A program made the translations under genes and the position numbers. A stretch of DNA of 63,846 nt, filler included, from Octopus bimaculoides (taxonomy: Eukaryota), in the NCBI RefSeq assembly GCF_001194135.2. It is 6 parts of 6 records of this genome, joined end to end, with 100 filler letters (N's around TTAATTAATTAA, not from the genome) between each part and the next. Parts side by side here need not be neighbours in the genome. Positions count along the whole stretch, not along the records: positions 50,897 to 54,817 come from NC_068988.1; positions 54,918 to 59,404 come from NC_068984.1; positions 59,505 to 63,846 come from NC_068982.1; 3 more parts are not named here. One strand, written 5' to 3'. Shown here in pieces: positions 50,797-63,846 of this stretch; the stretch's first letter is position 1; each line of letters opens with the position of its first letter. The notes beneath the pieces were generated by a model, which saw only the letters and a program-made list of their open reading frames with translations, was not told the DNA's origin and did no database searches.

Positions 50797-51067
50797 NNNN
50801 NNNNNNNNNNNNNNNNNNNNNNNNNNNNNNNNNNNNNNNNTTAATTAATTAANNNNNNNNNNNNNNNNNNNNNNNNNNNNNNNNNNNNNNNNNNNNACCG
50901 ATGCTGGTGTGTTTACATCCCGTAACTTAGTGGTTTGGCAAAACAGACCGATAGAATAAGTACTAGGCTTCCAAAGAATAAGTCCTGGGGTCGATTTGCT
51001 CGACTAAAGGTGGTGCTCCAGCATGGCCACAGTCAAATGACTGAAACAAGTAAAAGAGTAAAAGAGT
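50597..51067 (+). mobile_element. tRNA-derived SINE, second family, split by a scaffolding gap
   Basis: gcaggagtggctgtgtggtaagta...gcaccttgggcaagtgtcttct...tgactgaaacaagtaaaagagt. Confidence 0.8.
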
Positions 51068-51543
51068 GAAATTTCATTTGGCTGTTAAATATCGAATGGA
51101 TATATTTTAGTCAGTCCGGTTTTATTTTGTCATTTATGTTTTTATTCTTATTTAACCATTCGATACTCAACAATCAACTCAAATTTCACCATGTAGTTCC
51201 TTACTAAATTTTACCAAGTGAAACGTTTTACGTTTTTGTTACTTCGCTAAATTCCCTTTGAGAATTATTCGGTCTTAATAGACACATGACATGTGATCTT
51301 CTTCTAGCACATTAGGAGTCCACCTAGTGGCCTCCTTTATATATATTTTTATATATTTTTATATATGCTTATACAATAATCCTTTGAGATCTCAGATGTT
51401 TTTCTGAATCTCCCTGATTCTTTTAATGGGCTTGTTAGCTGGTATTAAATTGATATTAATTAATTAATATCCAATTTTTACCTTATTGTCTATGTATATA
51501 CATATACATATATATATATTATATATGCACATATATAAAAGAT

Positions 51544-51578
<35 letters not shown>

Positions 51579-52164
51579 ATGATCCACGTCACATATGACT
51601 CTATTCTCAAATAATTTGGTCGTTCTGGTTTCGAAGTAAGTGTGCATGAGTAGTCGTGGTTCCTTACCCGTCTGTATGAAGTATTGAACTTGTCATACAG
51701 CTTAACTGGAGGCCCTAACAAGGAGGCATTCTGTAATTGTAACCTAAGATGTGGCCGTACTTGATAACGAGCTGTTATCTACCATATATATATTATATGT
51801 TCCTGATGTATGTATGTTGATATGTAAAAATATACAAACGCACACACGCGCGCGCGCGCACATATATATATAGTATATATCTTATATGTATACGTTACTT
51901 TCTTAACTAAACATAACTTTAGTCATCCAAAAACGCTATCACAAAACCTAAACATTTTTACCTATTTTGGCATAACGGCTACAATCAATGACACGGGCTC
52001 CAATGCTTAATTAGTACTTATTGTGTAAGACCCTTAAAGGGATGAAAGGCAAATTCGACCTCAGTAGAATTTGAATTCTGAACGCAAAACCTGGCGAGAT
52101 GTTGCGACACATTTTGATTCTGCCAGCACGCAGCCTTGCTTGAGCTAACTATTAAAACAAATTT

Positions 52165-52760
52165 CTATTGCCAATATGCAAAATTACCCGAATCAGGATG
52201 AATGCCATTGATAGAAGGAAACATGCCATTCAATAAACTGCTAATAATTACTTGGATAAGTAATTGTATTCCTAATAATTTTATCAATAGATATTGTATC
52301 CTATTTAATTTGTTTATTGGTCTCTTACAACCACAGCCACTTGATTGCATCTCAAGGATTTATTTTTATTGAATGCCTGAATCTAATTTTGGGACATAAA
52401 ACGTCTGCAAAGGATGCTTTAGAATACGAAAATATGATTGCTATTTCTTCAACCGCATTACCATGTGCAGCAGCTTGACTCATTTCCAACTAGCATATAA
52501 TAACTATGTAATATTAGTGCCTTCAATCTGTGATAAATATTAAAAAAGTATTCTTAATATTCTTACTTCTTCAGCCAACTGAAACTGTGTTGTAATGTTA
52601 AGAATTTGCCGTTTAAATACGTCTTTTGTAATAATCTTTGAAGATATCTTCTACTAAGATTCAAGTTCAGGTGAATGCTTCCTCTCAGCGACTGTTTCTT
52701 CGTCATTTACACAGAAGAAATTTTACGTTTTCTTCTTATTTTTTTCTTCGTTTAGCCTCT
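52165..52760 (-). mobile_element. Possible decayed hAT-like transposase C-terminal fragment
   Basis: Broken translation ...EEVRILRILF*...AHGNAVEEIAIIFS resembles the SHG(N/Q)A.VERxFS dimerisation motif. Weak match. Confidence 0.25.
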
Positions 52761-52986
52761 GTACATAAGAAAAAATGTTGAAGAATATGTAATTTCTGCT
52801 AGAACTGACATGCAGTTATTTCCAGATGCTGCTCAACTATATTTGTATGTGTGGGTCATTTGTATAGGTTTCCGTAGCTTCGCTTAATCTGATATTGCTT
52901 TGATGCTGAAAATAAAATTGAATTGTAAAACAAAAACAGAAAAAAAAAACGACTGGAATAATTACAGATATTCGCCATTTATACAC

Positions 52987-53055
<69 letters not shown>

Positions 53056-53270
53056 GTCATGATGGTGGTGATCATGATTACTTGTTGTGCTCATGTAGAG
53101 TATTAGTATAGGTTAGTATAGAGCAAAAGATAAATACGAAGTTGTGGTATTTATAATTTTCTCAATGGAATTATTGTATCGAGCAAAATTGTTCAGGGAA
53201 AGAAATTAAATCTGTTTGTTGCAATCCAGCTTAAACAAGTTATCGCCATACAAACTGCTACGCCAACACC

Positions 53271-53302
<32 letters not shown>

Positions 53303-53303
<1 letters not shown>

Positions 53304-53492
53304 ATTATAGGCACATGATCTGAAATTTTGTGGGAGGGGATAAGTCGATTACATCGACCCCAGTGTTCATCTGGTACTTATTTCATCGACCCCGACAGGA
53401 TGACAGGCAAATTCGATCCCGGCGAATGTAAAAATGGACGAAATGAGGTTAAACATTTCCGCTGCATGTTAACGCCTCCGCTGTCTCGTCGC
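53303..53492 (-). mobile_element. tRNA-derived SINE, first family
   Basis: taagtcgattacatcgaccccagtg..ctggtacttatttcatcgaccccgacaggatgacaggcaaattcga, homologous to 15405-15636. Confidence 0.7.
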
Positions 53493-53820
53493 CTTTTTTT
53501 TATTGTTTAAGATTTTGGGACATATACATACACACAATACATACACACACAACGTTCTCACAAACAACTCACGCTCCCATACGTACACATTCACACTCTC
53601 ACGTAATCTTCATACTCATGCACATGCTTGCCCACACACATATAAACACACACTCGTCTATACACACATATACACTCGCAACATTATCCTCACATGCACA
53701 CGGGTGCGCAACACTTTAACCAGGTTACTGTTGTCTCCCATTGCACCAACCTAATTCCTTCCGGTCAATTAAACATGTGAAGCCGCCAATCCAGACTCGT
53801 TCTCTCACTTTCTCTCTCTC

Positions 53821-53885
<65 letters not shown>

Positions 53886-54917
53886 TTTCTTTCCTCTTTC
53901 CTTTCTGTAGAAAAGCCTAGGCCCAAAACGTCAAGGACTTCTTCCATTTTTCCTGAGCGTCAAACTAACACACCCTGTTTGTCGTTCCCTCACCTGTCTC
54001 TGTATTTTGTTGCTTTGTTTTTTGTACAATCTTGAGCCATATATGTGTGTGTGTGTGTATGTGCGCGTGTGTGTGTGTGTGTATGTGCGTGTGTGTGTGT
54101 ATGTGCGTGTGTGTGTGTGTGTGTGTATGTGTGTGTACAGGTATATACATGTTTAAGTATTTAAGCAACATTCTTATACACACACAGTAACATATGTATA
54201 TGTATTTTTAACAGAGAAACATGAATTTCGCATTATAGTTCATACACTAATTGTGTTCATAGTTGTTTTATTTAAATACATACCACCAAATGTGTAACTA
54301 CGTAATTGTGAACCACAATTAACTTAATTGAAACTAAATTAAGTCAAATTAATTTCAAAGCTATGCTTACGAAATCCCCAGAAATGTGTTGCATTTGTAT
54401 TAAAAAGAGAAGTTACATAGCATAATGTAGTACGACAAAACCCGCAAAGGATTTATTGGTAATGAATGAAAATCATTCGATCATAATGTATGACATTCAG
54501 TGATATTTCAGGGGTTAAACAAAGCTTTACAAGTTCCTGCATATCTTAGAGTAGGATTAGATAATGTGACGATAGAACTCGTTACCTTCTTTCACTGATA
54601 TAAAGTTTAATGTTAAATGGATTTTTTTAGAGCTTAGACAAATCGCATTTAACCCCTTATCGAAGCCTTCTAGATTTTTTGGTTAGGAATGCAAGTATTA
54701 ACATTAGATCGACGACTTAGATCAAATAGCTGCAACGGGGTAGAAAGTGAAGTTCCGAAATGTTTATAGTATTCAACGAGGCGACAAATTAAGTCTGCTA
54801 CGATATATATATATATANNNNNNNNNNNNNNNNNNNNNNNNNNNNNNNNNNNNNNNNNNNNTTAATTAATTAANNNNNNNNNNNNNNNNNNNNNNNNNNN
54901 NNNNNNNNNNNNNNNNN

Positions 54918-55450
54918 CCGACATGACCATTGAAGTCACCAGCCACAAAGAGAAGGTCTCTGTCTCTTGTCGACGAGGTAGTTTGCAAGAGGGTGTCATA
55001 GAATTGGTCTTTCAGCCCATCCGGGAGCCCCGGTTGAGGGGCATAGGCTGAGATGACAGTAGCTAACCTATGATGAAGCACTAGTCTAATCTTAAGTACT
55101 CTTTCACATACTCTAACTACCTCGATTACTTTATCAACCCATTTCTCTGCTAGAAGTATTCCTACGCCCCCGACTCCGTCAGTGTTCCCTGCCCAGAAAA
55201 ACTTCTACCTGTGTTTTTTGCCTGTGAGGAACCTCTCAGAACCTCCTCTCCATCTTACTTCTTGGATGCAGCACAGATCTACGCGTCGCCGTTCAAGCAT
55301 CTCAACAATCTCACCAAACCTACCTTTCAGCGTGCCGACGTTGAGAGTGCCAATCCTGACAGTGTGGGAGGAGTGGGTGTCAGAGGAGTGGGCCCGTGTG
55401 ACCCTGGGATGGGGGTAAGCAGTGTCGTGAACCTGAATATATATTCTTAG
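54918..55450 (-). mobile_element. RTE-clade LINE 5' part: apurinic-like endonuclease (APE) fragment
   Basis: KFFWAGNTDGVGGVGILLAEKWVDKVIEVVRVCERVLKIRLVL...VISAYAPQPG...FVAGDFNGHV. Upstream stops; truncated by a gap. Confidence 0.88.
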
Positions 55451-55739
55451 TGGTTTCTCTTCCTTTTTTTACAGCCATTTTCTTTATACAATTATAAAAT
55501 TTTTGTTCTCGTACTATTTTTCATAAACATTAACTATAGCGCATCATCACAATTTACCCACCCACGTCACACACACTCATCACCCAACTTCATTTATTTT
55601 ATTTTCCTTTTGTTATTAGTTCGTATGTTTTGTTATGACGATGTTTTGAATTTTTTTCCTATTAAAATTATTTTATTTGTATCAAGCTGATTGTTCAAAG
55701 TATTGCAGATTGCCATATATATATATATATGTATGTATG

Positions 55740-55786
<47 letters not shown>

Positions 55787-57715
55787 NNNNNNNNNNNNNN
55801 NNNNNNNNNNNNNNNNNNNNNNNNNNNNNNNNNNNNNNNNNNNNNNNNNNNNNNNNNNNNNNNNNNNNNNNNNNNNNNNNNNNNNNNNNNNNNNNNNNNN
55901 NNNNNNNNNNNNNNNNNNNNNNNNNNNNNNNNNNNNNNNNNNNNNNNNNNNNNNNNNNNNNNNNNNNNNNNNNNNNNNNNNNNNNNNNNNNNNNNNNNNN
56001 NNNNNNNNNNNNNNNNNNNNNNNNNNNNNNNNNNNNNNNNNNNNNNNNNNNNNNNNNNNNNNNNNNNNNNNNNNNNNNNNNNNNNNNNNNNNNNNNNNNN
56101 NNNNNNNNNNNNNNNNNNNNNNNNNNNNNNNNNNNNNNNNNNNNNNNNNNNNNNNNNNNNNNNNNNNNNNNNNNNNNNNNNNNNNNNNNNNNNNNNNNNN
56201 NNNNNNNNNNNNNNNNNNNNNNNNNNNNNNNNNNNNNNNNNNNNNNNNNNNNNNNNNNNNNNNNNNNNNNNNNNNNNNNNNNNNNNNNNNNNNNNNNNNN
56301 NNNNNNNNNNNNNNNNNNNNNNNNNNNNNNNNNNNNNNNNNNNNNNNNNNNNNNNNNNNNNNNNNNNNNNNNNNNNNNNNNNNNNNNNNNNNNNNNNNNN
56401 NNNNNNNNNNNNNNNNNNNNNNNNNNNNNNNNNNNNNNNNNNNNNNNNNNNNNNNNNNNNNNNNNNNNNNNNNNNNNNNNNNNNNNNNNNNNNNNNNNNN
56501 NNNNNNNNNNNNNNNNNNNNNNNNNNNNNNNNNNNNNNNNNNNNNNNNNNNNNNNNNNNNNNNNNNNNNNNNNNNNNNNNNNNNNNNNNNNNNNNNNNNN
56601 NNNNNNNNNNNNNNNNNNNNNNNNNNNNNNNNNNNNNNNNNNNNNNNNNNNNNNNNNNNNNNNNNNNNNNNNNNNNNNNNNNNNNNNNNNNATCACCCAA
56701 CTTCATTTATTTTATTTTCCTTTTGTTATTAGTTCGTATGTTTTGTTATGACGATGTTTTGAATTTTTTTCCTATTAAAATTATTTTATTTGTATCAAGC
56801 TGATTGTTCAAAGTATTGCAGATTGCCATATATATATATATATGTATGTATGTATATATATTTATACATCCATATATATATATATATGGATGTATAAATA
56901 CATATCTGCGTTTTTATCAATGTGTGTACCACATCTAATGGTACTGGTTATACTCAACCTACAACATGGATTGAAGCATATCACCGGTATATTCGACAAT
57001 AAAACTCGAAGCCTGGCGAAGCCAACAACCAGCGAAACTTCAAAGTCACTCTCAACCTTTCATTATAGAAATAAACTTAATACACCACATAAATCAGTCA
57101 AGTGCTCTTTTATTAATATTTGCTGTTCTGAATGGTTTTACATGCCTGTGTGTATCCATTTCACACACACACAGATAAATACAGCTATATACATCTATGT
57201 GTTTTTAAGTATGCATATATGCCTGAGTATATATGTTCAAGTCAGTATGTATATGCACATATGTGTGTGTGTGTGTGTGTGTATGTGAGTGCAGATATGT
57301 GTGTGTGAGTATGTATGTCAGCGCATATATGTGTATATGTGTGTGTGTGTATATATATATACATAAACAAATATACACACATATATATATGCACATACAT
57401 ACATAAAACTTATATGTATGCATATATATACAATTATATGTATATGCATTTGTATAACTTTGTGTGTATGTATATGTGATTGTGTCTGCGGTAGGTCGGT
57501 GCATTATGTTGTGTGAGTGTGTTTCTTCGTTGCTATGATATTTATGTGTAATAACCTAAAAGTTCAGGATATTAACGTGGCAAGATATCAATTCGTGTAC
57601 ATCATACATATATTTGGGTGTATGTGTATGTGTGTGCATGTGTGTGTGTGCTCGTTTATATATACTATATAAATGTTATATAAACATATCCGTAGAATAT
57701 ATGTATATAAATATG

Positions 57716-57780
<65 letters not shown>

Positions 57781-57795
57781 GCATATATATATATG

Positions 57796-57846
<51 letters not shown>

Positions 57847-58170
57847 ATGTATGTATGTATAAAAGTGGCGATTATCTTTCCAGTCTAATACCATTATCCA
57901 TTATCATCACAGCAGCATCTACCTACCAACATACCTAATATACACAAATACCTATATGTACACGCATATACGTACATAAGTGTACAATGTCAAGCCATAA
58001 AGACATAACATATATAATTTCTCTTCTATATACATAGTAAGATGTACATTGACTTGCGGTTGATGTTAGACAGTTACTAATGCACGCAGAAAGACTGCAA
58101 TGTATAAGTATGCGTGTGCGGTTGTATGTCTATGAAAATATCGGAGTATATTTATGTATTCATACATACA

Positions 58171-58261
<91 letters not shown>

Positions 58262-58325
58262 TCAGACACACTCACTCACACCCACACACACGTACACACA
58301 CACATACACACACACACACATACAC

Positions 58326-58388
<63 letters not shown>

Positions 58389-58469
58389 TAGAGAGGCAAA
58401 TCAAATATACATGGAAAACAATAAATAACAAATGGGCATACGCAGTGAATATATCTGATTGACGCGTAA

Positions 58470-59115
58470 AGGGGGTGTGACGTTTCGATCAAGGTTTTTC
58501 GTCAGAAAGAGGACAAAGGAAATAGTACAGAGAGAAGGAAAAGAATAGTTAGAGAAATGCATGTGTCGTTATAAGAATGAAAAATAACTGACCTGAAATG
58601 GTGAGAGATTCTGGGATGTAGAAACGTGAGTGTTTGTGTGCGCGCATGCGTAGATATGTATGTAGTGTGTGGGGAGTGTAAGTTTCGTATGTGGGCATGT
58701 GGAAGTGTGTGGTGGAGGTGGGTGGAGGAAACGTTGAGGTAGAGGTTGGAGTCAGAAGCATTGAAGCAAACGAAAGTGATGAGAGATTAGGCAATCAGTA
58801 GAGAGGGAGATGTCCAGAAAGTTGACAGAAATGGCGGAGATGACAGAGGTGAACTCAAGGAAAGAATGAAAAGTAGAACCGAAAGGGATGAAGCTAGTGA
58901 GTTGTTCATGGAAGAGGGAGGTAGGTCCAATACAGTTGTCTATGTTCCGGCCGTATAGCTCTGGGGTCGGTCCGGAGAACTGGGAGAATATTTGAGCCTC
59001 AATATAACCAAATTGGCGAAGTTGGAAGGCAATTTTCGTTTCACCGGCAGAGGTGATCAGGTTGTACATGCCAGCCTTTTTGAAACCCCCATCATCTAAC
59101 TCCCCTTGGCCCATA
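58470..59115 (-). mobile_element. Decayed Penelope-like RT fragment with a 3' degenerate minimal hammerhead motif
   Basis: GYIEAQIFSQFSGPTPELYGRNIDNCIG (YIDD mutated to NIDN) and LEFTSVIS...VNFLDISLS. Motif CTGACGA...GAAACGTCA on minus at 58505-58477. Confidence 0.75.
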
Positions 59116-59363
59116 GGTTGGGAGCCTTTCTGGCAAGGAAAATAGAACGCTCAAAAGGGCTCCCGATCCTCTGTGTCAGAAGAGGTTATGTTTGGATCAC
59201 AACTTAACTTAAGCCTTAACCTAAGCCTAAGCTAACCTAGTGAAAGGGCGCACGGGAGCCTTTAAAAGGCAGCGACTAGCACCGATCTATCCCTAACCCC
59301 TCCTAGGAGTACTATCGGTCAAGGCTGCATTGGAAAGTGTTGCATCGAAGGTTTGCACGCTAT

Positions 59364-59403
<40 letters not shown>

Positions 59404-59640
59404 TNNNNNNNNNNNNNNNNNNNNNNNNNNNNNNNNNNNNNNNNNNNNTTAATTAATTAANNNNNNNNNNNNNNNNNNNNNNNNNNNNNNNNNNNNNNNN
59501 NNNNTATATATATAAGTTATGATTAAATTTTAGACTTAAATTTAAACTTTAAACTGTGTTTTGGTTTTGTCCCTAGTAGTATGCGGGCAAAGCACTTCAC
59601 TGCTTATGGCTACCTGGATATGTAACGAAAAACCAAGTTA

Positions 59641-59748
59641 TATCATCTGAAGAGATGCTTCTGCACGGCGACGTACACTGGAATTCATTGTATAGTTTCC
59701 AACCTACGAGGGAGCGGTGTAGGATGTGTCGAAACGATCGTTATGATA
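59641..59748 (+). ncRNA. Type I hammerhead ribozyme with a very long helix II (GUU site)
   Basis: TATCAT-CTGAAGA(59647-53)-GATGC TTCTGCAC..50 nt..GTGTAGGA T GTGTC-GAAA(59731-34)-CGATCG-T-T-ATGATA. Helix I is a perfect 6 bp and helix III is the perfect palindrome ACGATCGT. Confidence 0.88.
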
Positions 59749-59790
59749 AATAAAGTTTTCAGTATACTTTATATTCCGTAGCCATTGTTT

Positions 59791-59839
<49 letters not shown>

Positions 59840-59978
59840 ACACACACACACACACNNNNNNNNNNCGTGGGTGTGTGTGTAAATAATATAAATAATGAAA
59901 TATTTCCTAATAAGAATCAAAATACACATGTAAACACGCACTCGCATTCCCAGGATCAATCAGAAGGAGTTATTAATT

Positions 59979-60190
59979 GTCGAGCTGGCAGAAACGTTAG
60001 CACGCCAGACGAAATGCTTAGCGGTATTTTGTCTGTCTTTACGTTCTGAGTTCAAATTCCGCCGAGGTCGACTTTGCCTTTCATCCTTTCGGGGTCGTTA
60101 AATTAAGTACTAGTTGCGTACTGAGGTCAATCTAATAGATTGGCTGCCTCCTCCAAAATTTCTGGCCTTATACCTAGAGTAGAAAAGAAT
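59979..60190 (+). mobile_element. tRNA-derived SINE, first family
   Basis: gagctggcagaaacgttagcacgcc...B box gagttcaaattcc (60048-60060), then gccgaggtcgactttgcctttcatcctttcggggtc. Confidence 0.85.
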
Positions 60191-62646
60191 AATTGTCGTA
60201 AAAGACACAAAAAGCAGAATTACATGGTACTAAAGAAGTGTTTACACACATACAAGCGCGCGCGGTGTGTGTGTGTGTATGTGTGTGTGTATGCGTATGC
60301 GTGTATCTGTGCGCGCGTGTGTGTGCGTGTGTGTGTGTGTGTGAACACTTGTTTTGTACCATGTAATTCTGCGTTTTGTGTCTTTTTTTTACGTCAATTA
60401 TTAATGCAGTGATTGGTCCTGGGTATGCGAGAGCGTGTTATATGTCTATTTTGATTCTTATCAGGAAATATTTAATTATTTACATTTACATGCCACGTCT
60501 GTTTTGCAAACATATCTATGCGTGTGTGAGTATGCTGTGACCTACTTTTATTTATAATCTCATTTTATTTGCTTACTATGAATTTATTAACTTTCTAAAT
60601 TATTATTTAGCGTCATGCTTTTCTTTTGTTTATAACTTTATCATCTGCTTATAATGGTTTAAGTGGTTCAAGATAACATGAGTGATACCCATAAGTTCGC
60701 AAGCCCTTGGGGCTGATGTGAGTGTTACTGTTGTCGTCACTAGGCGAGTGTATGCGGCGAATGTGAAGGAAAGTGCAAAATCTAAAAGACGAGGCAGAGT
60801 GAGGTTGCTGGAAAGAGAAGGGACGGGCAGATTCCAATGGTAATGTGTGGAAACGCTATGATATCGATAAATCTGTGAAGTGGCAAAGGGAGGAAGTGGC
60901 AAAGGGAGGAAAGAAAGTGTTTGCTAAATACTGTGGCGTAGCTTTTATACACCAGCCGGAGTATCCCTTGCCTCCAATACAGGCTTATACAGCCTCCAAT
61001 ACAGGCTGCCATCTTTCCTCCAATACAGGCTTATACAGCAGATCCAAATGTACCAGCCCCATAAAAGCGTCGTCCGGGGCGGACCCCCTCTCTGCCCCTC
61101 TTTATCCTCTAGCTAGGCTACTGGATAAGAAGTTGTTATTGTTAAACATTGATGATTAAATCAGGACCAGACAAGTGTGTTATTCATGATTAGAGTGCAT
61201 GGAATATAATTGTTTCGTTTTTGTGTCTTTCAGCTGTTAAAAAAGGGAGTAGTTTATCATATTCTCAATAACGACTACTTTTAAACTGATTGCTCTTGAA
61301 AACAGTTATATGCGATATGTGTAAAGTTGAAGTCGAATGAATAATAGTAACATCACATGTATAGAGCGAAGCGATGTGGGGAATGAAGAAACGGACTGTC
61401 ATGGGCGATGCTTTAATGGGAGCGACACTTAGGGGTCTGCTATATAAGGTTGCATAGAATTGGGTTGCCAGATAGGGGAACAAACTCAAGTGCTGCTCCG
61501 GACGCCAGACACTCTAGCTATTCCACTGAATATGTGGAAAACCTTTCTTTAATTATTTCGGCGTCGTAATTGTCTTGGTAAGTGACTTGAGCAAGGACTG
61601 TGTATTATTAGTGAATAGCTTTGTGGTGGAAGATTCATTTTAACCGCCTCGAAATACCCAGAAACTGTTGCAGTGTCAAAATATTCTTCATGCTACTACA
61701 ATATGGTCACTGAGATAATTCCACGGCACACTTGGATTGTCTCAATGATCAGGCCTCAGTGGCGTGAAGAATATCTTGCCACTTCAAAAACGAAATGAAA
61801 AGTAAATTTAATATTTTTTGTATGTCTTTAGATAACAAAATGGCTCTCCTACAGTGTAATTTATTCTAAAATTAATTCTTCCAGTATTGTTTATAAGACA
61901 GTCGTTATTGATTATTAGAAAGGAATAAAGAAATGGTAAAATTTTAAAAAGTCTCCGTGTGCGAAATACAAACAGCATTAAGTCAAAGTCGCCATCCGTG
62001 TATCATTCTAAACGTATACGCTCCATTAGAAGACATGAAGCTATGGAATTGTTTGAGATAAATTTTCTCCATAGATTTGTGTTAAAAACAATATATCTCA
62101 AGGCAAGATGAACATCGTGGCCTCAGTCACTCACGAAAACGACAGGCGTGTTTATATATTTATATAGTTACACAAATATTACTCCGATTTGAAAATTGTA
62201 TTCAGACAGTGTAGTTCTTTCGGCTATAAATATAGCCAGGCGCTAGTTGGTCTAACAAAAAAAAAAAAAGATAAATAAATAAATAAACCGCCTAGCGCAC
62301 CATAGTAACTATCAATGTTTTGAAGAAAGTACTCAATAGAAATATAGATTTACATTCACTGTCATTTTTAAAAGTTGTAATCATCAAAAGTATTTATTTA
62401 AGCAGTTACGACAAATGGCGTCTCATTTAAGACAGTAAGATCTCATTTGAGGGGTCTGTCAAGCAGGGACGATAACCGTCTAGAAGCAGTCCACGTTTAC
62501 TCTTGAATTTAAAAAAATATATAAAGTGACCAACAATTGAAGGTAACACAAGAATAATTATATTACTTTAATTCCACGCTAGGGTTTCTTCAGACACCTA
62601 ACGTAACTTCCTACATACGCAAGGTATAGACAGTCAGACAGACAGC

Positions 62647-62697
<51 letters not shown>

Positions 62698-62712
62698 GGA
62701 AAGAGATAGATA

Positions 62713-62990
62713 GATGGTACTCCGTCGGTCACGACGACGAGGGTTCCAGTTGATCCGTGAAATTAACGCGCAAGTTACCGAGCACTCCACAGACACGAGT
62801 ACCCTTAACGTAGTTCTCAGGGAGATTCAGCGTGACACAGAGTGTGACAAGGCTGGCCCTTTGAAATACAGGTACTACTCATTTTTGCCAAGTGAGTGAA
62901 CTGGAGCAACGAGAAATAAAGTGTCTTGCTCAAGGACACAACACGTCACCAGGACTTGAACTCACGACCTTATGATCGTAAGCCACGTTC
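62713..62990 (-). mobile_element. tRNA-derived SINE, third family, with a (GATA)n flank
   Basis: Minus-strand B box gagttcaagtcc followed by gtgtccttgagcaagacact. Confidence 0.75.
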
Positions 62991-62993
62991 CTT

Positions 62994-63032
<39 letters not shown>

Positions 63033-63083
63033 ATATATATACATATATATATATATACATCTAAATATATACATATACATATA

Positions 63084-63116
<33 letters not shown>

Positions 63117-63240
63117 TCTTCCTACAGATAAGATGAAGTTTTTTATGCTCGCCGCCCGCTTTGCCAGTATATAGACAGTGAAGCTTTACTAGAGCGTCCA
63201 GTAAATATTGGTGCATTGTTGTACTATTATTTAATCAAAA

Positions 63241-63408
63241 TCATCATCATCATCATCAGCAGCAGCAGCAGCAGCAGTAGCAGCAGCATTTAACGTCCGT
63301 GTTCTATGCTAGCATAAGTGGGACCGTACAACAAGAGCCGGCCAGGCCGAACCCTGCACCAGACTTCTGTGACTGTTTTAGCAGCTGGATGCCCTTCCTA
63401 ACACCAAC
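63241..63408 (-). mobile_element. RTE-type 3' tail, diverged
   Basis: Reverse complement of gttaggaagggcatccagctg...atgctagcat..acggacgttaaa-(gct/gat)n. Confidence 0.7.
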
Positions 63409-63846
63409 ATTAATCATACATTGATTAAATAAATCAGTTCTCAAACACTTCTGAAGCATTTTATCATTACCTTTCAAATACGACATTTCATGTGAAACAA
63501 CCTAATACATACATACATACATACATACATACATACATCTTCTGCATGATAAGTAGCTAACTGAGTACCCTCGTTGAATAATTATTACATCAGATGATCT
63601 GCTAGCAAAAAAAAAAAAAACACATGTAACTTGGAGTTTACATGTACCGCGCTCTCAATTTGAATTTCTATTGACATTCATAGCAAATCTAGTTGTTAAC
63701 CGCTAGCTGTATAAAATTTTTTCAGCTTATCGAACATCGATATGACAAAAGCCTTCAACCTTTGACGCCTATAAGTTATCATTGTTCTTGAACATTGTTT
63801 TTTTGTTATACCTGCCTCAGACTGCTCGAAGCTTACAAACTTCCTA

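Noticed and set aside
55579-56855. Exact ~170-bp duplication on both sides of a 905-N gap
   Set aside because: Identical sequence flanking a gap next to (AT)n is most simply an unmerged contig overlap.
59979-60070. tRNA genes
   Set aside because: The A/B boxes belong to SINE heads; no cloverleaf could be formed. No rRNA or true tRNA gene was seen in the window.

Overview
Eukaryotic, AT-rich and microsatellite-saturated DNA with about 5.5 kb of assembly gaps. The SINE and RTE-tail families resemble Octopus repeats, so the source is probably a cephalopod (inference). One host gene is clearly recognisable: a two-exon MPLKIP/TTDN1 orthologue on the minus strand (CDS 8571-8125 joined to 6660-6553, 184 aa, ending ...NYFKPSMLEDPWKNFKCKFR*), with ETS and NRF1 motifs just upstream. 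The rest is a layered retroelement landscape: a near-complete decayed Penelope-like element (RT plus GIY-YIG, Naiad-like motifs), a second Penelope RT remnant, RTE, CR1 and R4/Dong-like LINE fragments, a Tc1 remnant, many tRNA-derived SINEs and two foldback elements. The most notable non-coding signals are: (1) several unrelated type I hammerhead ribozymes with palindromic helix III, three of them with extended helix II; (2) an ORF1-only (half-LINE-like) insertion with a perfect 13-bp target duplication sitting inside a 335-bp hammerhead-bearing tandem unit; (3) a palindromic element carrying inverted telomeric arrays. All RNA folds were paired by eye and none has been tested computationally.
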